This document shows positions 23,690 through 37,225 of a DNA stretch of 64,000 bases, piece after piece. The number at the start of each line of letters is the position of its first letter. The stretch's first letter is position 1. The notes under the pieces were generated by a model, which worked only from the letters and a program-made list of their open reading frames with translations, made no database searches and was not told the DNA's origin. The position numbers and the translations under genes are program-made. The DNA is from Mobula hypostoma (Eukaryota): contig NC_086109.1 in the NCBI RefSeq assembly GCF_963921235.1, positions 19,966,001-20,030,000 on the forward strand, read 5' to 3'.

Positions 23690-25800
23690 AGAATATCTGC
23701 AGATACCAGAAATCCAAAGCACAAAATACATCTCTGGAAAAGAGTAAACGATTGACGTTTCAGTCCGAGACTCATTATCAGGACTGGAAAGGAAGGGCGG
23801 GGGGAGGGAAGGAGTCAGAATAAGGTGGCGGGGGGGGGGGGGGGATGGGAGAAAGAAGTACAAGATGGCAGGTGATATGTGAAACTGGGAGAAGAGGAGG
23901 GGTGAGGTAAAGTGCTTGGAAGCTGATAGGTGGAAGAGATAAAGGGCTGGATAAGGGAGAAAATGCTAGGAGATGATAGAAGACTGAAAGAAAGGGAAGG
24001 AGAGGAGCACCTGAGGGAGATGATGGGCAAGTAAGGAGATAAGGTGAGAGGCAAATGCGAATGTGGAATGGTGAAGGAGAGGAGGGGGAACATTTACCAG
24101 GATCAAGAAATCACTGTTCATGCCATTAGGTTAGAGGCTACCCAGATGGAATACAAGGCGATGTTCCTCCAGACTGAGTGTGACCTCATCGTGGCTGTAG
24201 AGGAGGCCATAGACTGAATGTTGGATTGTCATAGTCCTACTTTATTGATCCCGGGGGTAATTGGTTTTCGTTATGGGAAATAGAATTAAAATGGGTGGCC
24301 ACCGGGAAATCCTGCTTTTTGTGGTAAATGGAGCAAAGGTGCTCGATGAAGTGGTCTCCCAATCTCTGACAAGTCTTACTGATATACAGGAGGCCACACC
24401 AGGAACACCGGACACAGTCAATAACCCAGTAGACTACCGGGTGAAGTATCAGCACACCTGGATGGACTGTATGGGGCCCTGTATGGAAGTGAAGGAGGTG
24501 GTGTAGGGGAGGGTGTGGCACTTGTTCTGCTTGCAATGGTAAGTGCTAGGAGGGAGATCGGTGTGGAGGGATGAGTGGACAAGGGAGTCACACAGGGAGT
24601 GATCCCTACAGAAAGCAAAGTGCAGGGGAGGCATGGGGGAGAAAGGAAAAACACGCTTGGTGGTGGGATCTTGTTGGAGATGGCAGAGATCATGGAGAAT
24701 TATGTGCCGGATGTGGAAGTTTGTGGGGTGTTAGGTGAGGAAAGAGGGACCCTATCCCAGGTATGGAGGTGGGAGGATGGGGAGAGGGCAGATGTTCGTG
24801 AAATGCCAGAGATGCGGGTGAGGGCAGCACTGATGGTGGGGGAGGGCATCATGGTTGGTCTGGAATGAAAAGTCTCATCCTGAGAGCAGATACAGTGGAG
24901 ACAGAGGAACTGAGAGAAGGGATGGCATTTTTCCAAGTGACATGGTGGGAAGAGTTATAGTCCAGACAACCATGAGAGTCAGTGGGTATATAAAAGATAT
25001 CAGTAGATAGACGGTCTCCAGAGATGGAGACAGTTTGAGAAAGGGGAGAGGTGTCAGAAATAGACCGAGTAAAATGTGAGAGCAGGGTGAAAGTTGGAGG
25101 GAATGTTGATGAAATTGACGAGCTCAGCATGAATGCAGGAAGGAGCACCAATGCAGTCAACAATGTAGCCACAAAAAGTGGGATTTCCCAGTGGCCACCC
25201 ATTTATTCTATTTCCCATTCTGACATGTCAGCCCACGACATCCACTGCTGTCACGATGAGGCTACACTCAGGTTGGAGAAGCAACACCTTAAATTTTGTT
25301 TGGGTAGCCTCCAACCTGATGGCATGAACATTGATTTCTCAAACTTCCAGTAATTGCCCCCCCCGCCCCACTCCTTCACCATTCCCCATTCTTGTTTCAT
25401 TCTCTGATTCATTCACCATTCATTCCCCATTCTTGTTTCATTCTCACACCTACATTTCTTACCTGCCCATCACCTTCCTCTGATTCTCCTTCCCCTCCCC
25501 TTTCTTCCATGGGCTTCTGTCCTCTCCTATCAGATTCCCCCTTCTCCAGACCTTTATCGCTTTCAACAATGAACTTCCCAGATCTTGACTTCACTCCCTT
25601 CCTCCTCTCCCGGTTTCACCCATCACCTGCCACCTTGTAACTTCTTCCTCCACTCCCACCTCACCTTCTTATTCTGACTCCTATCCCCTTCCTTTCCAGT
25701 CCCAATGAAGGGTCTCAGCCCAAAAAATCATCTGGTTACTCTTTCCCGTAGATGCTGCCTGGCCTGCTGAGTTCCTCCAGCATTTTGTATGCGCTGTCTC
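23690..25800 (-). mobile_element. Penelope-like element (RT and GIY-YIG remnants) with an inverted copy of its 3' end
   Basis: Minus strand LSTDIFYIPTDSHGCLDYNSSH and VIDCVRCSWCGLLYISKT..RLGDHFIEHL. From about 25185 the 3' part (ATLRLEKQHLKFCLGSLQPDGMNIDFSNF plus tail) is repeated on the plus strand. Confidence 0.85.
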
Positions 25801-25904
25801 TGAAGAGTACAAGAATGCACAGCATCATTTCATGCAGCATATGGAATTGTCTTTGTGGTCACACATACGGAAACAGACCCTCGGGGTGACTTGGAGGCAA
25901 ATTA

Positions 25905-26650
25905 ACCTTTCGAGCAGCATATCTTTGGGGTGTGAGAGAAAAGCAGAGCACCCAAGGAAACCTCGTGGTCGCAAGGTAAAGCACAAATTCCGCTAACGCG
26001 GCGGCAAGTCGGGGTTGAATCTGGGTTCTTGGAGCTGTGCCGCAACAGCTCTGCTAGCTGCACAACAGTGTCATCTCATTGGTTTCAGTCAATGTTTCCC
26101 TCTTAACCAATATTTCATTTACTTATTCAGAGATACAGCACAGAACAGGCCCTTCGACCCAACCAGCTGAGCCACCCAGCAAGCCACCTAGTTATTGAGA
26201 TACATTATGGAGTCGGCCCTTTTATCCGCATCACCCAGCAATCCCCCAATTTAATCCTAGCCTAATCACAGGACAGCTTACAATGTCCAATTAACCTACC
26301 AACCATCTTTGGACTGAGAGAGGAAACCAGAACACCCAGAGGAAACCCGCACGGTCACGGGGAGAACGTACATACTCCTTGGAGGCGGGGGCAGGAGTTG
26401 AGCCTGGGACCCCTGTAAAGTGTTGTACTGATGACTATGCTACCATGCCACCCCTTGCCTAATCACAGGACAACTTACAATAACTAATAAACCTACTTAG
26501 ATCTTTGGACTGTGGGAGGAAACTGGAGCACTTGGAGGAAGCTCACACAGTCATGGGAGAATGTATAAACTTCTTACGGTCAACATCAGAATTGCACTCC
26601 GATGCCCTGAGCTGTAATAGCATCGTGCTAATTGCTATACTACTGTAGCA
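25905..26650 (-). mobile_element. Cluster of three tRNA-derived SINE copies
   Basis: tctttggactg.gaggaaac core repeated near 25925, 26305 and 26500; cctaatcacaggaca repeated. Confidence 0.7.
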
Positions 26651-26714
26651 CCTTGGCATCAGATTGATCTGCTCCTCTGCAACTTAAGCATGTTTGTCAT
26701 ATCCCACTATCTAA

Positions 26715-27520
26715 GAAGGTGGAGTTTACTGACAATGGCGCTAAACGGCGACTCCTTTGTTTGCATCTTCGGAAACAGCTTTATTTATATCTTTGCTAAC
26801 TCTCTTTTCTCCCCCCTTTTCAAGGTTCTTTTGAAGACCCTGACATGGGGTTACACTCTGACTTCAGTTCTTTGCAGGAATGGGACCTGCTCTCCGGGCC
26901 TCACGACCGGCTGCTTTTCGATTTCCCAAGGACACGTCCTAGAAGACTAGCGCGCCTTCAGGGTGTGGATTTTCGTGGCTCTGGAGGCGGACTGATTTGA
27001 GGCTGGTGCCGCTGACTGATGCGTGGCAGAAGAGCAAGATAGATCTGAAGCAGTGGGCTTGCTGCTGGCTGTGTGTGTGCCCAGAGGCAGAGCTCAGAAA
27101 AAGCGACGCAACAGACTTAACGTAAATCAGTGAGTTGTTTTGTTATGGCTCCCCTCTGGCTGTGAAACTGAGACACCTCTTTTTCTTTTATTAGGGAGAG
27201 AGAGCACCTGTGGATGTCAAATACCGGGTGAACAAGGAGTACTGTAAGTCTGTGTCTTTATTGCTGCTTTGCTACACGCTTGAGTGCTTGGTGGAGGGTG
27301 CCGATGCTTTTATTTTGCTGGTGGGGAGGGGGGATCGTTGCTTTGCTGCTGCCTGTACATGGGAGGGAGGGCTGGGGGGTGCTTTGGTGTTCTAACATTT
27401 AACTGCCTTTCATTCTTTGGGGCACTCCTCTGCTTTTGTGGACGTTTGCAAAGAAAAAGAATTTCAGGATGATTATTGTATACATTTTCTCTGACATTGA
27501 ATGCACCTATTGAAACCTAC
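26715..27520 (+). mobile_element. Unclassified retroposon-like repeat with a CpG-retaining head and LINE-like tail
   Basis: Head aatggcgctaaacggcgactcc; tail aagaatttcaggatg...tacattttctctgacatt resembles the Rex1-type tails; no RT ORF. Confidence 0.45.
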
Positions 27521-28389
27521 AAGTCACTGCTCATTCATAGCTGCACTACAATAATGACTGCATTTTGAGACCAAGTTTGTAAAGGGTGAAGAGAGTTAGG
27601 ACAGGATTCTATGATATTACAGGTGGTCTTAAGCATACATGTCTAGGTGGAGCGAGAGAGCAGTTAAGTACACAGGCAGAATTTTGTATGCATATAGGAT
27701 GGATTTTACATTTTCTGATACTGTTTGCACTGTGTCTGACATGGTTTAAGTAGCAGCAAGCACAGGCAGGAAGAAAAGGGCAAGTATCCAGGAAGGCTGT
27801 TTGAGCCGGATACTGATGTGACTGATTGAATCGAATTGCCCTTTGAATGCAGTCTCTGGCAGGGACTGTAGCCTCCATTTGTCACCTCAGTCAGTGTCAC
27901 AATGAGCACGAAAAGCATCTGCTCAGGATGCAATGCGAAACAGATTAGGACGACGGCCTGTAATAAATTGACAACATCCATTAATCATTTCATTGCTGAG
28001 AAATTTCACTTTGGAAAAAATTAATTTTGGGCCCAAAGGCTATTTATGCCTTGCACTTCATTGCTCAAGCATACATACTAAATGAGACACCCAGAAAGGA
28101 GCTACCTTATCAGCCAGGTTACAGTGAGCAGAAGTGTTAATTGTCAGCGTTGTTAGTGTTCAGGCAAACCTCACAAGCCAGGTGCCAGATGAATGGTGCT
28201 TGGCCTGAGTCCAATTTACACTCAAGCTATCTGGACTGAAGTTGACAGGCTTCAGCCCCAACTATCGTAGTCCTCTTCCGGCTGCCTCCTGTAGATCTAC
28301 AACTTGTAAACTTGAACTGTTGCCACATCCTAGCTTGTCTGAAGTGCTATACACCCACAGTTGCTATCACTGGGAAAGAGGGCAAACCT

Positions 28390-29050
28390 GTGCCCGGCCT
28401 ACACTGGAGCAGCAGCTTTAAATCCCTGGGCATTAACATACTGATGACCTTGCCTGGGGTCAATCCATCACTGCAATCAAAAGGAAGACAGTGTCCTTAC
28501 TTTCTTTAGGAAGTTAACGAGGTTCAGCTCGTTTCTGAACACTAATAAACTTCTACAAAATCGTAAAACAAGACATTCTGCAGATGCTGGAAATCCAGAG
28601 CAACACAAGCACACAAAATGCCAAGGAACTCAGCAAGTCAACCAGTGTCTATGGAAGGGTATAAACATTGATGTGTTGGGCTAAGACCCTTCATCAAGAC
28701 TGGAAAAGAAGGGGTTCTTCTACAAATGTACTGATGAAAGCATCCTGACTGGTTACATTATATTCTGGTATGGCAATTCAAATGCAGGGGGGAGAAACAA
28801 GTTGTGGAGAGTACTGGACTCAGCCCAATACATCACAAGCACATACTTCCTCACACAATAAACCACAGGCACACACCTCCCCGCCATCAGCAACACTTAT
28901 AAGAGGCATTCTTCATTGCAGCAACATCCATGAAAGACTCCCACTATCCAGGCCACGTCATCCTCTCATAGCTACCATCAGGCAGGAGGTACAGAAGCTT
29001 CAAGTGCCAGGACACCCGATTCAAAAACTGCAGTTTCTCTTCAACCATTT
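28390..29050 (+). mobile_element. Rex1/Babar-like LINE 3' fragment
   Basis: agcatcctgactggttacat and ctaccatcaggcaggaggtacagaagc conserved 3' blocks. Confidence 0.65.
28560..28716 (-). mobile_element. Penelope-like terminal fragment with 10-bp TSD
   Basis: TSD cttctacaaa at 28550-28559 and 28717-28726; ctgcagatgctggaaatcc terminus. Confidence 0.75.
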
Positions 29051-30169
29051 GATATTTGAACCAAGCAGCACGAGCCTACAGTTTGAGCACTTTGATCACC
29101 TTCACTTCAATGACTTTTTGTTCTCACTGTGTGCTAAGTAAAATTTGTGATGTAGCTGTAAGTTTTTTTTAAAAATTGTGCACCTGAAGGACATCCGAAA
29201 GGCATGATAGCTAAATGCCTTTGGCTTACCTTTTGCTAGCGTGATAATTTAAGTTTTAAAATTCTCAACTAATTAAAACTTTTGATGGTGTCAATTCTAC
29301 CCAGTTCTGTAACCAGCTCCAGCCCCTCCTCACTTGGTGGCTATTCACCCAGTGACCCATGACCTTAGTGTAAATACCTGCCTTCATGGAAACATCAGGG
29401 TACTGCAAAGACACTAACTAATAAGTCAGAAGAATTGGTTTAGGATAAGCATTTCCCATTACAATGCACATTCATACATTGAACAAGATTGAAATTAAAG
29501 TTAAAGCTAGATGGAACGAGCAGTGGGTTGGTCACTAATACTTCCACAAACAACCACCCAACATGCTGATGCCAGGGTTGTGAAACTTCTTGCAGAGTCA
29601 GGAGAGGAAAGCAAGAACAAGACTTCTCAATGGTCTGCCCTCAGGTAAACTGCTGCATTCAGTTCCGGGTTCTCAATTCTTGATCAATGCATCAGCAATG
29701 GAGGCATGAGAATAAGCAAAACAAAAAAAAAAGTGGTGAAGGGTCTCATGTGAAGCATCAATCCTGTTCCTCTTTCCACAGATGCTGCCCGATCTGCTGT
29801 ACATTTTCAGGATTGTTTCTATTTCAAATTTCTAACAAATGCCTTTCTTACCTTTGAAGGCAATGTACAACTGATTCATTAGAACCCAGGATATCATTAC
29901 ACAAAATCTTGATCACAAAATCTAGAGAACATTCCATTACTACATTGAAGAAATTCGACTGTGTTAGATCCACTGTCTTGTTTTAAATGTTAAACCCATT
30001 CCACTACTTGTTCTCACCAATGAATCCAATCAATTTAAGTTGGAAAAGTTGTGTGTGAAGGGGGGGGGGTGGGGGACAAGGGTGTTAAGTGAGCGTCCTG
30101 GAAAATGTCTCCTCTGCTTCTGACATTACAGTTAATGCATTATCTGACATAGCTGCAAAATATTTTTGC

Positions 30170-30455
30170 ATGATTTATTGAGATACAGAGTGGAATAGAC
30201 CCTTTCAACCCTGCAAGCCACACCACCCAGCAAGCCCCCGATTTTAATCCTAGCCTAATTACGGAGCAATTTACAATGACCAATTAACCTACCAACTGGT
30301 TCGTCTTTGGACTCCGGGAGGAAACAGGAACACCTGGAGGAAACCCACGCAGTCAAAGGGAGAACATACAAAATTCTTACAGACAGATGCGGGAATTGAA
30401 CCCGGGTTGCCTGTACTGTAAAGTGTTGTCCTAACTGCATAGCTACCGTGCCTTT
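30170..30455 (-). mobile_element. tRNA-derived SINE
   Basis: gggaattgaacccggg B-box (antisense) and conserved central domain. Confidence 0.75.
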
Positions 30456-30469
30456 AGGGTGTCCAAGTT

Positions 30470-32830
30470 TTCAAGTAAATTTATTATTAAAGTACATACA
30501 GTATACATTACAATATCCAACCCCCAAGATTCATTTTCTTGTGGACATACTCAATAAATCTACAAGATAATAACCATAACAGAATCAATGAAAGACCACC
30601 AAACTTGGGCGTTCAACCAGTATGCAAAAGACAAACTATACAAATACAAAAGAAATAATAGTAATAAATAATAAATATTGAGAACATGAGATAACAAGCC
30701 TATTGGTTATGGGAACATTTCAATAATGGGGCCGAAGTTGAGTGAAGTTATCCCCTTCAGTTCAAGAGCCTGATGGTTGAGGGGTTGCAGCTGTTACTGA
30801 TAGTGAGAGTCCCGAGGCTCCTGTACCTTCTTTCGGACGGCAGCAGCGAGAAGAGAGCATAACGTGCTATTGGTGGAGTCCCTAATAATGGATGCTACTT
30901 TCCTGTGACAGCGTTTCATGTAGACGTGCTCAATGGTGGGGAGGGCTTTACCTGTGATGGACTGAGCCATATCCATTATTTTTTCTTTCTTTTCAAATCT
31001 TTTTATTGTATATATAGGAAAAATAACATGAGTACATCGAAGTAACAACACTTAAAATGCCTCAAAAAAAACTTAAAGACTGAAAACAAAATTTTGTGAT
31101 AACAAAAAAAACCTACTGAGCAGAAAAGTGAGAGAAAAAAAAAAGAACCCATTAGGTGTACAACCCCAGAGTCATGCGTCATACAAAAAGCTTCTAAAAA
31201 TAAACATCAAACTGCCAGCAAAAAAAGAAAATATACTAAAAAAATTTACAATTAGATCGTGGAAAAATTATATCAATTAACTCAAATGATAATAACGAGC
31301 AAATGAGCCCCATCTTTTCTCAAAGTCAAATAAAGGTTCAAAGGTTCGACTTCTAATTTTCTCCAAACTAAGACATAGCATCTCTTGAGAGAACCATTGT
31401 GACAAAGTGGGAGCTGATGTATCCTTCCATTTCAACAAAATGGCCCTCCTAGCTATTAATGTAACAAATGCAATAACATGTTGGTCAGACACAGAAATAC
31501 CATGAATATTTTGAGGAACTATTCCAAAAAGCACAGTTAGTTTATTAGGTTGTAAATTAATTTTAAGTGCTTTAGAAATGGTTGAGAAAACCGACTTCCA
31601 GAACTGTTCCAATATAGAACAAGACCAAAACATATGTGTCAGTGTAGCTATCTCAGTTTTACATCTATCACAATGACTATCAACATTAGGAAAGATTTTA
31701 GAAAGTCTCTCCTTTGTCAAATGATAACGATGTACAATTTTAAATTGAATCAATGAATGGCTAGCACAAATTGAAGAGTTAACCAACTTCAATATCCTCA
31801 TCCAATCCTCCGTCATAAAAGTCAAATTAAGTTCCTTTTCCCAATCCTGTTTAATCTTAGATAAAGGACGCTTATCCTATTGTAATAATAAATTATAAAT
31901 TCTTCCAATAGAACCCTTAATCAAAAATTCATACTCATAATAGTATCTAACAGGTCAGCCTCCAATATGTAAGGGAAATTACTTAAATATTTTTGTAAAA
32001 AATATCTAACTTGAAGGTATTGCAGAAAGTGTGAGTATGAAAGAGAATATTTATCAATTAATTGTTCAAAGGACATCAATCTATCTTCTTTAAATAAATG
32101 CAAAAAAGAATTAATACCTTTATTTTTCCAAAGTAAAAAAATTGGATCACTTAAAGAAGGCTGAAAAAAGTAATTTCAGTAAATTAAACTACAAAGTTAA
32201 AATTTTTTAAGATTAAAAAAATTGCGGAACTGGAGCCAAATTTGTAAAGAATACTTAATCACAGGATATAGGTTTAAACTAACAACTTTACCTAATTGCA
32301 TAGGTAAAGGAGCTCCCAATAACGAGGTTAAATAAAGCTGTTTTACAACTTTCAGTTCCAGGTCTACCCAAATTGGCCGATCACTCTTATCAACCCAGTA
32401 TAACCAAAAAGACATATATCGCAGATTAACAGCCCAATAATGCATTCTAAAATTAGGCAAAGCAAGACCTCCATCCTTTTTCAATTTTTGTAAATGACAT
32501 TTACTAATTCTTGGTCTTTTATTATTCCATTCCATTATTTTTTGTGCAATTTTCCATTCAAGGGCAGTAGTGTTTCCATACCAGGCTGTGATGCCGCCAG
32601 TCAATCTACTCTCCTAAAAACATCTATAGAAGTTTGTCAGTTTTAGATGTCATGCTGAATCTCCACAGACACCTAAGTAGAAGTGCTACTGCACTTTGTA
32701 ATTGCACTTGCGTGATAGGCACTGGACAGGTTCTCCAACATAATAACACCGAGGAATTTAAAGTTGGTAACCCTCTCCACCTCTGATACTCTGAGGACTG
32801 GCTCATGGACCTCTTGTTTTTTTTTTCTCA
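30470..32830 (-). mobile_element. Rex1/Babar-like LINE 3' fragment, interrupted by L1
   Basis: GITAWYGNTTALEWKIAQKI (32604-32540) continues as MDMAQSITGKALPTIEHVY (30975-30900). Confidence 0.8.
30985..32530 (-). mobile_element. L1 3' fragment with 13-bp TSD
   Basis: ORFs 32197-32604 (GGLALPNFRMHYWA) and 31277-31825 (CDRC..HMFWSC); TSD tccattatttttt at 30972-30984 and 32531-32543. Confidence 0.9.
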
Positions 32831-33189
32831 AGCAAATAATGATTCCATACTATGATTGTATCCCCTTGATGAATTTACACCTAATATACAAAATGATCAA
32901 GAGCTTTGTTAGGGCAGATGAACCATTACCTTTTTAAGCTCCAGGATGTCAAAATCACAAGATCCACAGTCAACAATTTAGAAACAGATTCTCCCATCAT
33001 CAGATTTCTAAATGGTCCATTTTATACACTATTTTGTAATGTATAGCAGCTTTATTCTTTGCACTGTACTGCCATGAGGAAAAACAAATGTCATTTCATG
33101 CAAGACAATGATAATAAACACATTTCAGATTTTAGGCAGCCTTATTCTATTACTATGTTACAAAGTCAGGAGACTGAATAGACACCTCG

Positions 33190-33546
33190 AGTTTGTGTCT
33201 GAAAAGAGGATGCTGTCTAAGTTGCATGCCATCTTGGACAATGTCCCCCATCCACTACATAATGTACTGGTTGGGCACAGGAGTACATTCAGCCAGAGAC
33301 TCATTCCACCGAGATGCAACACAGAGCGTCATAGGAAGTCATTCCTGCCTGTGGCCATCAAACTTTACAACTCCTCCCTTGGAGGGTCAAACACCCTGAG
33401 CCAATAGGCTGGCCCTGGACTTATTTCCTGGCATAATTTACGTATTACTATTTAACTATTTATGGTTTTAATACTATTTAATTATTTATGGTGCAACTGT
33501 GACGAAAACCAATTTCCCCCAGTATCAATAAAGTATGACTATGACA
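33190..33546 (+). mobile_element. Rex1/Babar-like LINE 3' end (second subfamily) with tatgac tail
   Basis: RMLSKLHAILDNVPHPLH..RCNTERHRKSFLPVAIKLYN; aataaagtatgactatgac. Confidence 0.8.
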
Positions 33547-34149
33547 GCAACAGACTAATACTGTAACTGATAAACCTGTTTTACCTACTTGCCCTTGAAA
33601 CTGACCTGCAAAAGCCTTGGGACCATTTGCAAGAGGACATAATGGCTCTTAAGGGTTATCCCACCTGCAGTAAATTTTGTGACGAACAAGCAGAGGCAAT
33701 ATTGAGGGGGAAAAAAAATCACAGAAAAAACTCAATTTTCACCTCAATATTACTGAAAAGTAGGAAGAATTAGTCAAGACCTTGTTTAAAAGATCAGAAA
33801 TGAGGACAGTGATAGAAACACAATTGTTTATGTGCAAAGTAAAATAATTTTATTCAAACCAGAGGCTGCAGGAAACATTTCCAAAGGTTTCCATCATAGG
33901 TAGTTTCAGAGAAAGAGGTCTACTTTGGTTGCTTCCATCTTATTGAGAAGTTGAGCAATTGTTCAAAGTCAGAATTGGAAAATTGGACTCTCAGAAGGTG
34001 CAGATTGAACGGAAGGCTTTCAAGTATCTCTGCTCAAAACTTCCTAAATTGGAACACTTGCATCATACCTCTAACTATCCTGCTTCAGATGTTTTAAATT
34101 ATTAAATCACTTTAAAAAGTGATATATACACACACACACACACTTAAAA

Positions 34150-34297
34150 TCTTGCCCAAAAATCCCATCATACTGGACACTGTGAAAGAAATAACAGATC
34201 TGAATGTGCGAGATATCATTGATGCTGCGAGGGATCGCTCGATGTGGAGAGCCATGATCGCCCAAGCGTGTAACGTGCAAGGCACACGAAGAAGACT
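34150..34297 (+). mobile_element. RTE-clade LINE extreme 3' end
   Basis: DIIDAARDRSMWRAMIAQAC followed by a gaagaaga tail. Confidence 0.55.
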
Positions 34298-34489
34298 GCT
34301 CCTTTGAAATATCATTCTAATTGGTCTGTGTCCTTGCTCTGTAATAGATGAAAGGATGCAACATTCTGCCAAAGTTTCTTCCCTACCAACTTAACTCCCT
34401 TTTAATTTGAAGAAACAGGAGAGCTCATCATAATTATGTTTCTATTAAGCTGTACACAAACCACCAGTTCTCTGAGGGGTCAGCACTGG

Positions 34490-35050
34490 AAGGGGTGAGC
34501 AGTTTCAGATTCCTGGGTGTCAACATCACAGAGGATTTATCATGGCCCAGCATATTGATGCAATCAGAAAAGTATTGCAGCGGCTATACTTGAGTTAGGA
34601 CTAAGATTTGATATGTTATGAAAGACCGGCAAATTGTTACAAGATGTAATGTGGATCACTGGCTGGCTGCATCACCACCTGGTACAGAGGCTCCAATGTA
34701 CAGTACTGGAAAAAGTTGAAGAGCCAGCTTTTCAACGAGCTTCACTGTGGCACTAGCCTTCCCACTGAGTGCATCTTCAAAAGGCGGTGACTCAAGGTGG
34801 CATCCATCATTAAGGGCCTTCACCATCCAGGACACGCCCTCTTCTCATTACTACCGTTGTGGTGATGGTTCAGGAGCCTGAAGACACATTCAACCTTTTA
34901 GGAACAGATTCTTTGTCCTTTGCCACCAGAATTCTGAATAGCCCATGAACCCATCAACACTGCCTCACTATTTTAAAATATTTTCAGGTATTGTACTGTA
35001 CTGCAGCTGCAAAACAAATTTCACAAGTGATAATAAACCTAATTCTGAAA
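34490..35050 (+). mobile_element. Rex1/Babar-like LINE 3' fragment
   Basis: ttcctgggtgtcaacatcacagaggat...caccatccaggacacgccctcttctc; tail gtgataataaacctaattctga. Confidence 0.75.
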
Positions 35051-36129
35051 AATAACCAGATAACCCTTTTTTTTAAATGAGCCATGGAGGTGTAAATAAC
35101 AGAACAGTGGTAAATAGGCATTTGAGCACACACGCTTCACACAATTACTTTCTCCTGGAATGCATCGAGTGAGGAATGGAGGAAGTAGCAAAAATGCAGC
35201 CACTCACCATTACCATCGTTTGGTAGAGTATTCCCCAGGATAAACAATTGTTTCACATCAATCTGCTCATTAGGGTTTTTGTTGCATCTTGCTTTCCTGG
35301 TCCTTCAATTTGTTTTCAAAATACCTGCCTCAGTAACACTGCCCATCATGTGTGAAACAGTGCCCCCCAGTGATAAAGCAGCAAAATTTTACATTTTGAC
35401 AAAGTCAAATGACATTCTTAACTAATCGGTCTTGTGTATGTTGTTTCAGCATCATTTATAACCATGATTACACAACATATTTGAAGCTGTAGACTTTTCA
35501 GAATAGCAAGATCCCACAAAGCTATTATCACAGCACAGGTTAAATTCTACAGATTAAGTACTGGCCAGAACCTTAAGATTTAGAGGAAGGCATCTTGTCC
35601 AATATCCCAGAACATATAAAAATCTTTAGACCTTGTCCCAGATCTCTCTCAGATGGAGTTCAACAGATCCACTACACAATGTTGAAAAACATTCTCAGAT
35701 ACCAAATGATTGGGTGCTTGACACCAAGATCTCTGGGATCTCTGCACCCAGTCCATCAAACTGAAGGTGGACCCCAAAAATATAGCATAGAAACAGGCCC
35801 TTTAGCCCATAAAATTCAGAATGACCATTAACTCTTCATTTTACTCAATTCCTACATTAGCATTCCATTCTCCCTACAGCCAAGCACCTGCACTACCAAC
35901 CTTCACATGGTGCGAACCTGAGCACCCAGGCAGTCACAGGGAGAACACACAAATACCACCCAACACCCAAGTTCAGCATGGGTCTCTGGGCTTGAGAGGC
36001 AGCTTTTGTACCTGGAACATACAAAATTGTTCATAATGAAATCTCATTCTTCAAAATTCTGGACAGTACAGCTTCACCTGTCTTACACGCTTGGCAAATC
36101 ATCACCCTCCACCATAAATCCACAGATTC

Positions 36130-37225
36130 ATATTTAATATCACCACCATACGTCATGAAATTTGTTAACTTAACGGCATGAAATACATGCTAGAGAAAAA
36201 ACTGAGCTACATCAAAAAAAAAGTAGTTAAGTTAAAATAAGTAATGCAAAATAACAAAAAAAAATTAGGGAGGTCATGTTCGGGGGTTCAATGTCCAATT
36301 AGAAGTCAGATGGCAGAGGGGAAAACTGTTCCTGAATCACTGAGTGTGCCCCTTCACGCTTCTGTTCCTCCTTTCCGTGGGTAATAGTGTGAACAGAGCA
36401 TGTCCTGGGCGGTGAAGGTCCTTAACGATGGACACCATCTTCCTAAGGCACCTGTCCTTAAAGTCTGGAGGCTGGTACCCATGATAGAGCTGACTAACTT
36501 TACAAGTTTCTGCAACTTATTTTGATCTTGTGCAGTAGCCCTCTCCCCACCCCACCACCCCCCAATAACAGATGGTGATGCAGCCAGTCAGAAGGCTCTC
36601 CACTGTACATTTGTAGAAGCTGAGTGTTTTAGTTGACAAACCAAATTTCCTCAAACTCCAAATGAAATATAGCCACTGCCTTGTCTTCTTTATAGCTGCA
36701 TCAATGTGTTACTTCCAGGTTAGCTTCTCAGAAATACTGACACCCAGGAACGTAAATTGCTCATGCTCTCCACTTCTGATTCCTCAATAAGGATTAGTTT
36801 GTGTTCCCTCGTCTTACTTTTCCGGGAGTCCACAATCAGCTCTTTAGTCTTGCTGACGCTGAGCGTGAGGTTGTTGCTGCAACGCCATTCAACAGCTGGT
36901 ACATTTCACTCCTGTACGCCCTTTCGTCACCATCTGAAATTCTGCCACCATCAACAAATTTATAGTTGGCATTTGAGATGTGCTTAGCCACACAGTCATG
37001 GGTGTGGAGAGAGTAGAGCAGTGGGCTAAGCACACATCCCTGGGGAGCGCCAGTGTTAACTACCAGCAAAGTGGAGATGTTATTTCCAATCTGCAGATTG
37101 TGGTCTTCCAGTTAGGAAGTTGAGGATTCAGTTGCAGAGGGTGTTAGAGGCCTATGTTCTGTAGCTTTTCGATCAGTACTGTAGGAATGATGGTGTTCAA
37201 TGCTGAGATATAATCAATAAACAGG
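36130..37225 (-). mobile_element. Rex1/Babar-like LINE fragment (RT)
   Basis: ORF 36836-37069 NTGAPQGCVLSPLLYSLHTHDCVA. Confidence 0.85.
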
